Below are positions 27,295-37,110 of a stretch of 64,000 nt of DNA, one piece after another; the stretch's first letter is position 1, and each line of letters starts with the position of its first letter. Under the pieces are notes generated by a model, which worked only from the letters and a program-made list of their open reading frames with translations, was not told where the DNA came from and did not search any database. The translations under genes were made by a program, and so were the position numbers. Source of the stretch: a virus (Duplodnaviria; Caudoviricetes); the IMG/VR virus record IMGVR_UViG_3300013121_000018, positions 43,582-107,581 of that record, one strand, 5' to 3'.

Positions 27295-30200
27295 TTACTC
27301 GTCTTCAAATGCTTCGCTTATTAAAGGTTCATCTAGAACCCGTGTTTTTTGCCAATCCGGAATTAATTGTAATGAGAACAATGTTGGTACAAATTTAGCA
27401 ATTTTATGTTTAAATCTAGATTCTCCTGAATATGGGCCGGCTTCGTATTCGTCTTCACCAATTACAAGTTTACCTGTAGCATTAAATAGATTTGCTGTAT
27501 CATCTAGCAACTTTAACATTGGTACAGCATTCTGTGCAAAATTTGACATCTGAAAAGGATTAGAAAATAGCTCCAAGTCTGCACTTTGACGTAATAGATT
27601 ATTTACAATTACATTATGTGCAATTCTTCTCATACTGTCTTTTTCATCATCATCATCAAACAAGAATAATTTTGCAAGAATATATGATGTAAATAACATT
27701 AAAAGTATTTGAAGTTCTTGCATGTTTTGTCTTAACATAGCAGCATCTACTTCAGAAAACTTTTCATCAAAATTAGTCTTCTGAAACATTAATTTTCTTA
27801 CAAGTTGTTTAGCATTAAATACTAAATCTTGCCCGAAAGACATATCTGTTTCATTCTTACCAAGATACTTACCTAAAGCGAATCCAATACCACTACCAAT
27901 ACCAGGCATAATAATTGTGCCTATAGCAGCACCAAATATAGCTGCCCCACCAGAAGAATAAGAACGATACCTACCTTTAGTTGTTACTCCTGTTAACAAA
28001 GAAGTTCTTTCATTACCAAATCTAGAATTAATAGCTTCTGGAAGCCATGTCTTAAATTGTGTAGCTGCTCTACCAAGAGCATACTTCTTTACACGCATTC
28101 TTGATAGATTGGAATAATCACCATGAGTTTGACGAATAATATCCTCCATAGCAAGTTTAAACTGTGTAATATCGTCTCCGATACCAGTTTCCCATTGCAT
28201 GTTTTCATCTGTTTTAAAATCTTCTAAAAGATTACCAGATTCATCTAGTGCATTCCATACAGATGATTTATTTCCGTTTTTATCAGTAATAAATGTATTT
28301 CTTAGTCTTGCAATAACTAAAGGAGATTGGTTGAAGTATTCTGTTCTTTGTACAATATGATATGGAGTCAGTTTCTGAAACTTACCCGATACGTTACCAA
28401 CAGAAGCTTTAAACAATTCTGATGTAGGTACTTGCAGAATATCCAATCTGTCCATAATAGACTTAGTTTTATCTGCAGTTCCAGCAACTACTTTATTAAA
28501 AGTAAGAAACTTCAATGAACTGAAAAACATTTGTCTAAGACCATACATATAGTCTGACATAGAAAAATATCTTCCGTCAGATGCCGTAATAAGATTAGAC
28601 CATAAACCTGCTAAAAGGTTTCCCATCTGGGCAGGAACGTTCCATCCCATAGACTTTAACTGAATCCATCGTAATCCGGCATCAGTAACACCGCTTCCTG
28701 TGATATACCCACCAAGTTTTTCTTCTTCTAGTCTTAATACTGATGCGTTTGTCAATAACAAAAGTAATTTCTTCAGTTCATTGATTTCATCAACATCTGT
28801 TGTTGACCGCATTGCAATATCAACTTCTACAACTTCTGCAGCTAAAGCAGTACTGTCCATTTTCTTATACTTCTCAGGTATATTCATCTTCTGAATAACA
28901 GAATCTATTTCAGATTTTTCCTGTTTATCTGTAGCATTTAATACCGCCTTTTTAGATAACGGCATTTCTATAAGATTTGTAGGTCTGTTTAAGAAGAAAT
29001 CTAATTGGTGTGCCATTTGTTTATTGGCATTTTCCCTTTCTCCAAACTTTTCAGCTTCTCCAAAATCATTTTTCTTAATTATCCCAAATATGTTTGTTGT
29101 TTCCGCAGCTTTTACTTTAGAGTATTCTTTTTGTAATACAGATAAAGTAGGTATAACCCTTTCTTTATGTTCTGCCATTACAACGTATGCTGTAAACAAT
29201 TTTAGAATCTTTCCTAAATCATGCGAAGACTTCTTTGCAACATCATCTTTAGCTTGTTCTAACAGGTCAGAAAATTCTTGTGCTGTGGGTTCCCTTTCAT
29301 TTTTTGCAACAAAATCTGCATATAAAAGTTTTTCCCTTTTTCCTACAAGTTTATTTCTTTCATTCAATCCTAAACCAGAATAATTGTATTTCAAATCAGT
29401 TTTTCCGGTTACAGGGTCTTTCATATCTACAGATGTAGCAAGATTTTCTTTATCCGATAAAACGTCAATAATGCTATTCCACATATCAGTGGTCATTGCA
29501 GATAAGTTCTTATCTAAAAGAAGTTCAGAAAATTCCTGTTTAAACAAGGGTAATTGCATCGGCCCTTGTTTAACATCTGGTGGTAACATTGCATTCAGTG
29601 TTTGAAGCAACGTAAACACATTTTCATAGAATTTATTTAACGTAGAATTTGCAGAAATCCTTCTGTAGTTTTCATCATAATATTCATTTTTATCTTTAGG
29701 AACAAATAGCAAATAATTTTGTCCTTGAGAACCAAATATTTGATTGTTGCCGTCCATAATAGGAGTGGCATCAATTCTTTCTTTAATTCCATGAAAAGGG
29801 TTATTCCTAAATACATAGTAATTCTTTACTTCATCAACATTTTGAATATTAGGATTGTTCTCAATATTTGCAAAACTTGTTTCTTCAGCAGCAATATATT
29901 CTTCTAATTGTTCAATTTGCTGTTTTAACATTTGCCTGTACATCTTCTCACCTACAAGAGATATAATCTCCTGTTTATGATTTTCATCATTAGGTTGTCT
30001 AAATTTGGCAAACTTATTTTGCATTTCAGGATCCATTAAATCCCACAAATCATCAAGTTTTCTTATATCAAATGTAACAGCATTTTCTCTATACCAAGCA
30101 TCAATACCTTTTTGCGCTTCAGTTATATCAGATAAGACTTGTTTTCTTACAGTCTTGTCCTTATTGGTATAGTAAGTCTTCCACATAGACTTTATTGCTC

Positions 30201-31185
30201 TCCAATGTCTTTTGGTAACAGCATTTCTATCAGAATAAAACTTATTAGAAACCTGTGAAATAAGATTTCCAGTTTCTTTTCCATTAACTTTTTCAAAGAA
30301 AATATCAAAAGTTTTAGAACCAGTATATCCTAAAGAATTTAATTCTTTTATAGCTTCTTGTGTCAGAGCATCTAATTTAGATGTTTTATCTTTTATTTCA
30401 GAGGTAGCTTCTTCATTTGTTTTGGCCATATGGTAAAACATAAGTTCTGCTAGAATACTTTGTTCTCCTGATACTATACCTGTTTTAGATACGTTTAAGA
30501 AATCTCTAGTAAATTTATCTATATCTGGAATAGCTTCTACAAGTTCAGCATAAGTAAATTTCTTTCCAAGCTTTTGTTGAATATCTTTATTGCTATTAAT
30601 GTGATTAACAAGTCGTTCTTGCAACAAGGTTTCCAAATCTAAAGAATACTTTGATACACCGGCAGCCATACTTGTAAGTATATTGATATTCTCTGGACTT
30701 AGTTTTACCAAAGCATCTCTTTCAAATATAGGATTGTTTTCATCAATACTTCCAATTGCTCTATAAAACTTTATGATATTTTCTGCTTCTTGAATTTCAG
30801 TAAATGCTTTAGGATTCTTTCTAATCATTGATATGTATGTATTTAATGTTTCAATATCAGATTTATACATTACATTGAATACATAATCAATAGTCTTAGA
30901 ATTATTAAATCCATGAAGTTGCTCTTCTATTTTCTTAATAGCATCTTCTTTCTGTTTTGCAAATATTTGAAGTTCTTTTCTTTTAGCAGTATTTTTTTCA
31001 TTAGAAATTTGAAAACGAATATCATTAAGTTCCTTTTGTCTCCTACCAAGTGTTTGTTTCTTAGAAGAAACTATATTTTCCCATTTTGTATTTATTACTG
31101 TTGGAGAACTCATGTAATCTGAATAAAGTTCTTTCAATTCAGATTCAGTATATTCTTTTCCATTATGAATAAATTTACAATTCAT
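27295..31185 (-). CDS. Large internal virion (cargo/ejection) protein with predicted membrane segments
   Basis: 1296 aa, downstream of the vRNAP; glycine-zipper GAAIFGAAIG..GIGSGIG and hydrophobic helix followed by DDDDE. Confidence 0.7.
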   Translation of the reverse strand: MNCKFIHNGKEYTESELKELYSDYMSSPTVINTKWENIVSSKKQTLGRRQKELNDIRFQISNEKNTAKRKELQIFAKQKEDAIKKIEEQLHGFNNSKTIDYVFNVMYKSDIETLNTYISMIRKNPKAFTEIQEAENIIKFYRAIGSIDENNPIFERDALVKLSPENINILTSMAAGVSKYSLDLETLLQERLVNHINSNKDIQQKLGKKFTYAELVEAIPDIDKFTRDFLNVSKTGIVSGEQSILAELMFYHMAKTNEEATSEIKDKTSKLDALTQEAIKELNSLGYTGSKTFDIFFEKVNGKETGNLISQVSNKFYSDRNAVTKRHWRAIKSMWKTYYTNKDKTVRKQVLSDITEAQKGIDAWYRENAVTFDIRKLDDLWDLMDPEMQNKFAKFRQPNDENHKQEIISLVGEKMYRQMLKQQIEQLEEYIAAEETSFANIENNPNIQNVDEVKNYYVFRNNPFHGIKERIDATPIMDGNNQIFGSQGQNYLLFVPKDKNEYYDENYRRISANSTLNKFYENVFTLLQTLNAMLPPDVKQGPMQLPLFKQEFSELLLDKNLSAMTTDMWNSIIDVLSDKENLATSVDMKDPVTGKTDLKYNYSGLGLNERNKLVGKREKLLYADFVAKNEREPTAQEFSDLLEQAKDDVAKKSSHDLGKILKLFTAYVVMAEHKERVIPTLSVLQKEYSKVKAAETTNIFGIIKKNDFGEAEKFGERENANKQMAHQLDFFLNRPTNLIEMPLSKKAVLNATDKQEKSEIDSVIQKMNIPEKYKKMDSTALAAEVVEVDIAMRSTTDVDEINELKKLLLLLTNASVLRLEEEKLGGYITGSGVTDAGLRWIQLKSMGWNVPAQMGNLLAGLWSNLITASDGRYFSMSDYMYGLRQMFFSSLKFLTFNKVVAGTADKTKSIMDRLDILQVPTSELFKASVGNVSGKFQKLTPYHIVQRTEYFNQSPLVIARLRNTFITDKNGNKSSVWNALDESGNLLEDFKTDENMQWETGIGDDITQFKLAMEDIIRQTHGDYSNLSRMRVKKYALGRAATQFKTWLPEAINSRFGNERTSLLTGVTTKGRYRSYSSGGAAIFGAAIGTIIMPGIGSGIGFALGKYLGKNETDMSFGQDLVFNAKQLVRKLMFQKTNFDEKFSEVDAAMLRQNMQELQILLMLFTSYILAKLFLFDDDDEKDSMRRIAHNVIVNNLLRQSADLELFSNPFQMSNFAQNAVPMLKLLDDTANLFNATGKLVIGEDEYEAGPYSGESRFKHKIAKFVPTLFSLQLIPDWQKTRVLDEPLISEAFEDE

Positions 31186-31200
31186 TATTTTCTATTTAGG

Positions 31201-31282
31201 GCCATTTTAAGACGTTTTGCAGACAGAAAAGGTCTTGAGCAGTACTTACTACTACTCAAGACCAAGAATGTCTTAAATCGGC
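31201..31282 (+). repeat. Long imperfect hairpin element, copy 2
   Basis: GCCATTTTAAGACG...TGTCTTAAATCGGC outer stem and GGTCTTGAG/CTCAAGACC inner stem; outer arms resemble those at 653-733. Confidence 0.65.
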
Positions 31283-31291
31283 TTATATAGG

Positions 31292-31705
31292 CTAATGTAA
31301 GTTTTTAAGCTTATATAAAGTTGTATATAACAATTCTAGAATATTATCTATTAATTGTTGTAGATAACCTTCAGTCAGTGTTGATCTGAAGGAGTTTACT
31401 TTAGGAACACATTGTTCCAAGTAAGAAGTAAAATCTGAACCTTCTGCAATCATACCGCAGTTGTATCCAGTAATTATTCCATATTGCCCTTGATAAGCCT
31501 CTGCAAACGCATCTGCTGCATCAACAATTCCATCATACAATTCATTTAGTGCCTTATGTGCAGCAAACGATTGTGTCTGTAAATGTGCAATATGAGCATT
31601 GGTTCTTATTTCAAATAGTAATGAAATAAAACCACCAGCAGAGGATGATGGAGCAGATTGCTTTGTCATCATCCCCTGCAGTTGTGTTTTTGTAAGTAAT
31701 GCCAT
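31292..31705 (-). CDS. Ferritin/Dps-like four-helix protein (DUF5856-like)
   Basis: H..HLQT.SFA.HKAL..LYD....D.F.E.YQG.YG...LYKL..L. Confidence 0.8.
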   Translation of the reverse strand: MALLTKTQLQGMMTKQSAPSSSAGGFISLLFEIRTNAHIAHLQTQSFAAHKALNELYDGIVDAADAFAEAYQGQYGIITGYNCGMIAEGSDFTSYLEQCVPKVNSFRSTLTEGYLQQLIDNILELLYTTLYKLKNLH

Positions 31706-34700
31706 TATTTACATTTTTTTTGTAGTGAATCTCTAAAATCTTCAAATGTTGTAGTGGAGGGTGATTTATTCATCCATTTTTCAAAATCTTTATCTGTATA
31801 TCCACCACCGTCTTCATCAAATCTTAATTGTCCTGTTTCATCATTATCAGATTTAGTCTTTTTTCCTAATCCTGCTAGAAAACCAGCAGAAGGTGCTGTT
31901 TCTACATTTACTGATTGCTTTTTAGATTCTTCCGCTAATTTATTTAAACCTACAAGAAACTTTATATCATAACCAGGATCTTTTTTAGAAATTTCAACAA
32001 TCTTTTGAGATACTTTTGGAATACTCAACATTTGTCCTTTAGCTGGAGTTTCTATAATTAATCCATCTGGAAAAGTAAATTTATAAAATTTATCATTAAC
32101 TGTTTCAGTATAATCTATTTTAGGTTTTCCTAATGCATCTAATACAATATTTTTATAAGTTTCTCTTAACTGCTCCGATACATTTGTAGGATTATAATTG
32201 TAAACAGAGATTTGTGGCTTCAATCCACTTAAAAACACATCTGAAACTTCTGTTTTAGTTTGTAAAACTTCGCCTTCAATAAGATTAAGTACTTGATTTA
32301 CGGCTTGAGCAGTTACACTTTCTGGAAGAATACCTGTTCTTGTTAACAATCTTTTAATTAGATTGAAGAATCTTTCAAGAATTGATAAATCAAATCCTTC
32401 AGCTTTAGTCTGACCTAATTCTTTCTGAAATTCCGGTTCTGTCATAATTTGAGTTACAAATTCTTCAACACCAGAAATATCATTGTCATGTGTTAATACA
32501 CCATAGAATCTTTGTCTGTTAACTTCAGATAAAGTTTTGTTCTTCTTGAAATCTTCAGCTACCTTAGCAATATTTTCTGCACCATATTTATCTGCTAGAA
32601 CCTTTCTTGCTTGAGTTTTAAGCTTTAGAAGATTCTTTTTAATATCTGTATTACCAGGTTCACGAAGTTTCTTTATTGTAAGCTTATGCAAAAACTCATG
32701 TAAAATTGCTCTTTCAAATTCTTCTGTTGAAGAAAACTTATTACTCAATTCAATTTTATTAGCATTGAAAAAATATCTAGCTTCATTTAACCCTAAAGAT
32801 TTATTAACTACAATTTCTATTTTGTTATCAGCAGCAAATTTATCAAAATATTCAGCTAAATTCTTGAAGTTTTCATTTGCAGATTTTAATGCAATTGATT
32901 TTAATATACTACTAATAGAATCTCCATTATCGTAATGATATGAAATTATATCAGCTTTTTTATCAGGAACTACTTGTTGAGAAGATTTGACTTTAGATTC
33001 TGGTTCGATGTATGTTTGATTATACATTTCATTAAGAATCTCAGATAAAGCCCTTGCTTGATTAATTTCTGTATTTGCAAAAGTATCTGTTAAAGTTCTT
33101 CCATAGGCTCTTTCAGACAATTCCTTCATTAACTCAGGATTTTGGTCAGCCCAAGCTTTCCATAATCCTTTATAATATTTCCAAGAATCTTCTCTAGATA
33201 TATTGTACTTAGGTGGTTTTCCTTTTCCTTCACGAATAGTATCATACCCTTTTATACCAACTTGATATAATTCTTCAATAGAACTTTCTTTATTTGTCAA
33301 TACATGTCCTCTCTGCGTAAGAATACTTGTTTTAGGTTTTAATTTCGCATTAAAAGCACTAAATCTAGTATCTCCCTTAGAAGATACTTCATAATTTTTA
33401 TCTGCTCTTCTTGCCCAAGTATACGTCATATCTTTTTTCTGCAAAGATACAACATTTTCCTTATTTACCGAAACATTATTTACAATACTTTTAACAAAAT
33501 TCTGACCAAGTTGATATTCATTCATTCCAAATACACCAAGAATAGGTATTCTATGATATGTACCATCTTGTAACAATTCAAAAAGTCTCCAACGATTCTT
33601 TTTATTAACTGTATTAAGATTATCTATGTAATATGAAACATACTTAACTTCACCGTATTTTTCAACAAACGATTGTGTTGCTGTAAAAGATTCTGCTTTA
33701 ACAATATCCGGCCCTTTAATACCTGTCATTTCACTTAACATTTCCATAGGGATTTGTGTAGTCTTTCCAGGGTTATGTTGGAAGTATTGTCTTTCAAAAC
33801 CTACATACAGTTCTTCATCATTCGCCATTATACGCTTGTTAATATCTCTAGAATATTGATTTGTACCAGAAATTTCTAGAACTTCATTAGGAATGAACTT
33901 AACAAACTGTGTTGCTTGTTGAATAGGATCACCAGCATAAGCATACAATGTAAGATACTGCATAAGTTTTCTGGTAGTCATTTCTTCACCATTAAAATCA
34001 GGCAACGTTTTATTATCAGAAAATAAACTAAATGCAGCATCGTAGATAATATTTTCATCAATATCATCTGCAGCAGCATTATTATAGCTTATTCTTGATG
34101 GAAGACCTGTATTAACAACATGTGTTTCCAACCTATTGATAAAACTATTATTCATCAAAGGTTTAATATCATTAATATAAGACGCTAAAGATTGATTTTC
34201 ATCTGTATCAAAGAACAATTTCTTTCTTACATCTTCAACTTCTTCTGTTGATAACCCTGAACCACGAACATCTGAGTATATTGCACGTTTAAATTCTGTT
34301 AAAACATGTGATTGTAAATCAGCAAGCTTTGTAATAGAAGCGTCGTTATCAATCCTAGAATGTTCAAGAATAGAATTAACTACTCCCATAAAACCAGACT
34401 GTTGATACGGAAATAAATGTTTCCACATATTAAATGCAGAACCTAATCCATATGCTAATGCAGAACCAGAAATATGTGAAGGCTTAATTCTAAATTTACC
34501 GAAGGCAACAAAATCTTTTGCCCTTGGAGTATCTTTGATAGCATTCCATTCAGGACTGTTATCTTCTAGTACAACACCAATAAGTTCAGAAACATTAGAA
34601 ATACTTCCACCATTAATAGTTTTACCTGCTTTAACAACAGCTTGAATTACTTCAGGAATAGATTTACCAAAGCCTCTAGAATCAATATTCATGATTTGCT

Positions 34701-36171
34701 GAACTTTAGCAATTTCTTTACCATAGAAATCAGCAACTAAAAATAAATCTAAAGCTCTTCCTTGTAAATTATGAAAGGCATTAACTCTTGCTTCATAAGT
34801 AGCATCACTTTCACCTTCTTCTTTTACAGGAAAATTAAGAGATTGTGTTAATCTTTCAGATGTAATACTTGCAGTTGCATCAAAGAAGTCTTTACCTAAA
34901 TCGTTCTTAAAACCTAAATCCACATTGGAATGTGTATTATACTTGGTTAAAAGTTTATCAATAAGTTTTGCTTCAAAATCAGGATCATACTCGGATAAAG
35001 CAGACATCTGTTTCTTCATCATCTGAACATAGTCTTTAACTATTGGTTGAGACAATAACATATATCTAATATTATTTCCGTCTTTTCCTTTATCAAAACC
35101 TAAAAGTCTTAATGTTCTTTCAGCAGCAAATGTTAAATCGTTTATATTCAATTTACCAAAGGCTTGAACAGAAGCGTTGTCAACTGCAGCGTTTTGCATT
35201 TCAGAGTTTGCAACAGAAATATATTCTTTTTTATCCAGAGTTTGTTCTAAACCAAGTTTACCAACAGATTTTACATTGTCGATTTTAAGAGATAATGGCT
35301 TGCCTTCTTTGGTCATCAATGTAAGTGGTGAACCAGTTGTATTTGCAATTTGTGCAATACTATGAAAGGTTACATCCAAAGATGTTGTACCTACACCAAT
35401 CTTACCAGAAGCAAGTTGTATAAGTTTATCCCTTTGCCATGTATCATTCAATAAGGTTCTATACTTACGTTTAGACGTTTTAGAATCTACAAGTTCTGCT
35501 TGTTTCTCAATATGGTCTGTAGTTAATGGTCGTAGTATCTGCTCCTGAACAACTTTGTTATTGTTAGACATAACACTATGATGAATGTCAATAATATCAT
35601 TTTTTAATTGTTTAGTTTCGTCAGAATTATCTACAACTATTTTAGTCGATTCATACAGAGATTCTTTTAATGCTATTACCTCTTTTAATATTCCTGAAAA
35701 TTCTCTACCTGCAGATTTAATAGTTTTTATTCTAGTAAGGACTTCATCAATACTTGAAAACTTATCTTTCAGTAAAACATTGTATTCTTGTAATACTTTT
35801 TTAACTTCAGAATAAAATTCAAAATCATCTGGATATTTACTTCTTAAAGAATTATCACCTTTTATAAAACGTGAACTATTAATGTCAGATAACAATTCTG
35901 TCGATGCTGTGAGAATAAAACTCTTTACATCTTCTTTAGATGTAAGTTCAGCAATATTTTCTCTGTTCGCTTCATGAAATTTATTTTCCTGAATATTAAA
36001 GAAATTATCTGCATATTCTACAAGTTCATCCCATTGTTTGGCATCTTCTGAATTAAGATATTGTTTAAGTTCCGGTAATTGCTTTGAAAGCTCTTTTAAA
36101 GTTTTCTTAGTTTCTGCAGTGAATTCTACAGTATGATATTTCATATAAGTGTATAACTTATCAATATCGAA
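31705..36171 (-). CDS. Virion RNA polymerase polyprotein, exon 2
   Basis: Begins FDIDKLYTY, in frame with ORF 36144. Contains NAAVDNA, a NADAR-like domain and an HEFLH zincin. Confidence 0.88.
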   Translation of the reverse strand, partial: FDIDKLYTYMKYHTVEFTAETKKTLKELSKQLPELKQYLNSEDAKQWDELVEYADNFFNIQENKFHEANRENIAELTSKEDVKSFILTASTELLSDINSSRFIKGDNSLRSKYPDDFEFYSEVKKVLQEYNVLLKDKFSSIDEVLTRIKTIKSAGREFSGILKEVIALKESLYESTKIVVDNSDETKQLKNDIIDIHHSVMSNNNKVVQEQILRPLTTDHIEKQAELVDSKTSKRKYRTLLNDTWQRDKLIQLASGKIGVGTTSLDVTFHSIAQIANTTGSPLTLMTKEGKPLSLKIDNVKSVGKLGLEQTLDKKEYISVANSEMQNAAVDNASVQAFGKLNINDLTFAAERTLRLLGFDKGKDGNNIRYMLLSQPIVKDYVQMMKKQMSALSEYDPDFEAKLIDKLLTKYNTHSNVDLGFKNDLGKDFFDATASITSERLTQSLNFPVKEEGESDATYEARVNAFHNLQGRALDLFLVADFYGKEIAKVQQIMNIDSRGFGKSIPEVIQAVVKAGKTINGGSISNVSELIGVVLEDNSPEWNAIKDTPRAKDFVAFGKFRIKPSHISGSALAYGLGSAFNMWKHLFPYQQSGFMGVVNSILEHSRIDNDASITKLADLQSHVLTEFKRAIYSDVRGSGLSTEEVEDVRKKLFFDTDENQSLASYINDIKPLMNNSFINRLETHVVNTGLPSRISYNNAAADDIDENIIYDAAFSLFSDNKTLPDFNGEEMTTRKLMQYLTLYAYAGDPIQQATQFVKFIPNEVLEISGTNQYSRDINKRIMANDEELYVGFERQYFQHNPGKTTQIPMEMLSEMTGIKGPDIVKAESFTATQSFVEKYGEVKYVSYYIDNLNTVNKKNRWRLFELLQDGTYHRIPILGVFGMNEYQLGQNFVKSIVNNVSVNKENVVSLQKKDMTYTWARRADKNYEVSSKGDTRFSAFNAKLKPKTSILTQRGHVLTNKESSIEELYQVGIKGYDTIREGKGKPPKYNISREDSWKYYKGLWKAWADQNPELMKELSERAYGRTLTDTFANTEINQARALSEILNEMYNQTYIEPESKVKSSQQVVPDKKADIISYHYDNGDSISSILKSIALKSANENFKNLAEYFDKFAADNKIEIVVNKSLGLNEARYFFNANKIELSNKFSSTEEFERAILHEFLHKLTIKKLREPGNTDIKKNLLKLKTQARKVLADKYGAENIAKVAEDFKKNKTLSEVNRQRFYGVLTHDNDISGVEEFVTQIMTEPEFQKELGQTKAEGFDLSILERFFNLIKRLLTRTGILPESVTAQAVNQVLNLIEGEVLQTKTEVSDVFLSGLKPQISVYNYNPTNVSEQLRETYKNIVLDALGKPKIDYTETVNDKFYKFTFPDGLIIETPAKGQMLSIPKVSQKIVEISKKDPGYDIKFLVGLNKLAEESKKQSVNVETAPSAGFLAGLGKKTKSDNDETGQLRFDEDGGGYTDKDFEKWMNKSPSTTTFEDFRDSLQKKCK

Positions 36172-36934
36172 CCTTATGTTCCCGATGATTCGTTATGTCA
36201 TCGGCGGAATTAAATCCAGCTACACATTTCTGTGCAGAGCAGACTATATCATTACCTTCATCTACTTGATTATCAAGTTCTGGTAAGGTACTCCCCATTT
36301 CCATCCACTTGGATGTACTATGTTGTTTATCAAAATGAATTTTGTATTTCATACAATCAGGAATATAATCTTTTATAATTTCAATAAATTTCTTCCCCTC
36401 CTGCGTTCCGCAACATAAAGAATAAAATTTACCTTTTTCCATAAAAGTATAAAAGTTAATATCCCAATAATCTTTAAAGTAATTAATAACAATTTCTGCT
36501 TCTTCTTTAGTTCTAAAGCAGGTGGATATTTTAATATAAAACCCTATAATACGTTGCTTATCTTTAGTATATCGCATATTTAGATGTCCATCATCCATAT
36601 ACCATATAGCCAATCCTTGAGCATCCAATCTTTTAAGAAGTTTTATATTTACAAATCTTTTTTGAGGTATGTATAATATTCTTCTTAAAAGTTTAATAAA
36701 AGGTTTTATAGAAAGTTGTGTATAATACACAGTTGTTCCTACAGCATAACCTTTAGACTGTATATAAGTTTTTATTCCACTGTTTTTAATATGGTATTTG
36801 TTTAGTAAATCAACTTTATATTTTAAATAATCTAGTTGATTTTGGCCATGTGCCATTTTAAAAACATAATTGTTGGAGATTGTACCATCTCCTATAGCCA
36901 TTGCTATTAATAAATTACGTTGTGATTTATTCAT
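36161..36934 (-). CDS. LAGLIDADG homing endonuclease (two-motif)
   Basis: LIAMAIGDGTI and LAIWYMDDGHL motifs. Confidence 0.92.
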   Translation of the reverse strand: MNKSQRNLLIAMAIGDGTISNNYVFKMAHGQNQLDYLKYKVDLLNKYHIKNSGIKTYIQSKGYAVGTTVYYTQLSIKPFIKLLRRILYIPQKRFVNIKLLKRLDAQGLAIWYMDDGHLNMRYTKDKQRIIGFYIKISTCFRTKEEAEIVINYFKDYWDINFYTFMEKGKFYSLCCGTQEGKKFIEIIKDYIPDCMKYKIHFDKQHSTSKWMEMGSTLPELDNQVDEGNDIVCSAQKCVAGFNSADDITNHREHKVRY

Positions 36935-37110
36935 TTTTGAATTAGTTTTCTATTAAAGAAACTTTTTATTATTATTTAGTCGTTACACTTTATTTCATTT
37001 TTCAATGAAATCTTAGCTCGGTATTATCTTCAGCATTATCTGGTCAGACTTTCACCGAATTAAAGGAGTTTTTCATTACTTATTTCTAAGTAAGCGGACA
37101 ATTACGGGTT
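36172..37110 (-). mobile_element. Group I intron (939 nt) with LAGLIDADG endonuclease, in the RNAP catalytic motif
   Basis: Exon CGGAU pairs with IGS GUCCG. Core AATTCGGTGAAA, AATACCGAGCTAAG, GTGTAACGACTA, GATATAGTCTG. Terminal G at 36172. Splicing gives GSD|FDIDK. Confidence 0.92.

Noticed and set aside
36144-37110. Intein or naturally split two-subunit RNAP
   Set aside because: There is an in-frame stop after GSDNP, no intein Cys/His-Asn termini, and clear group I core elements.
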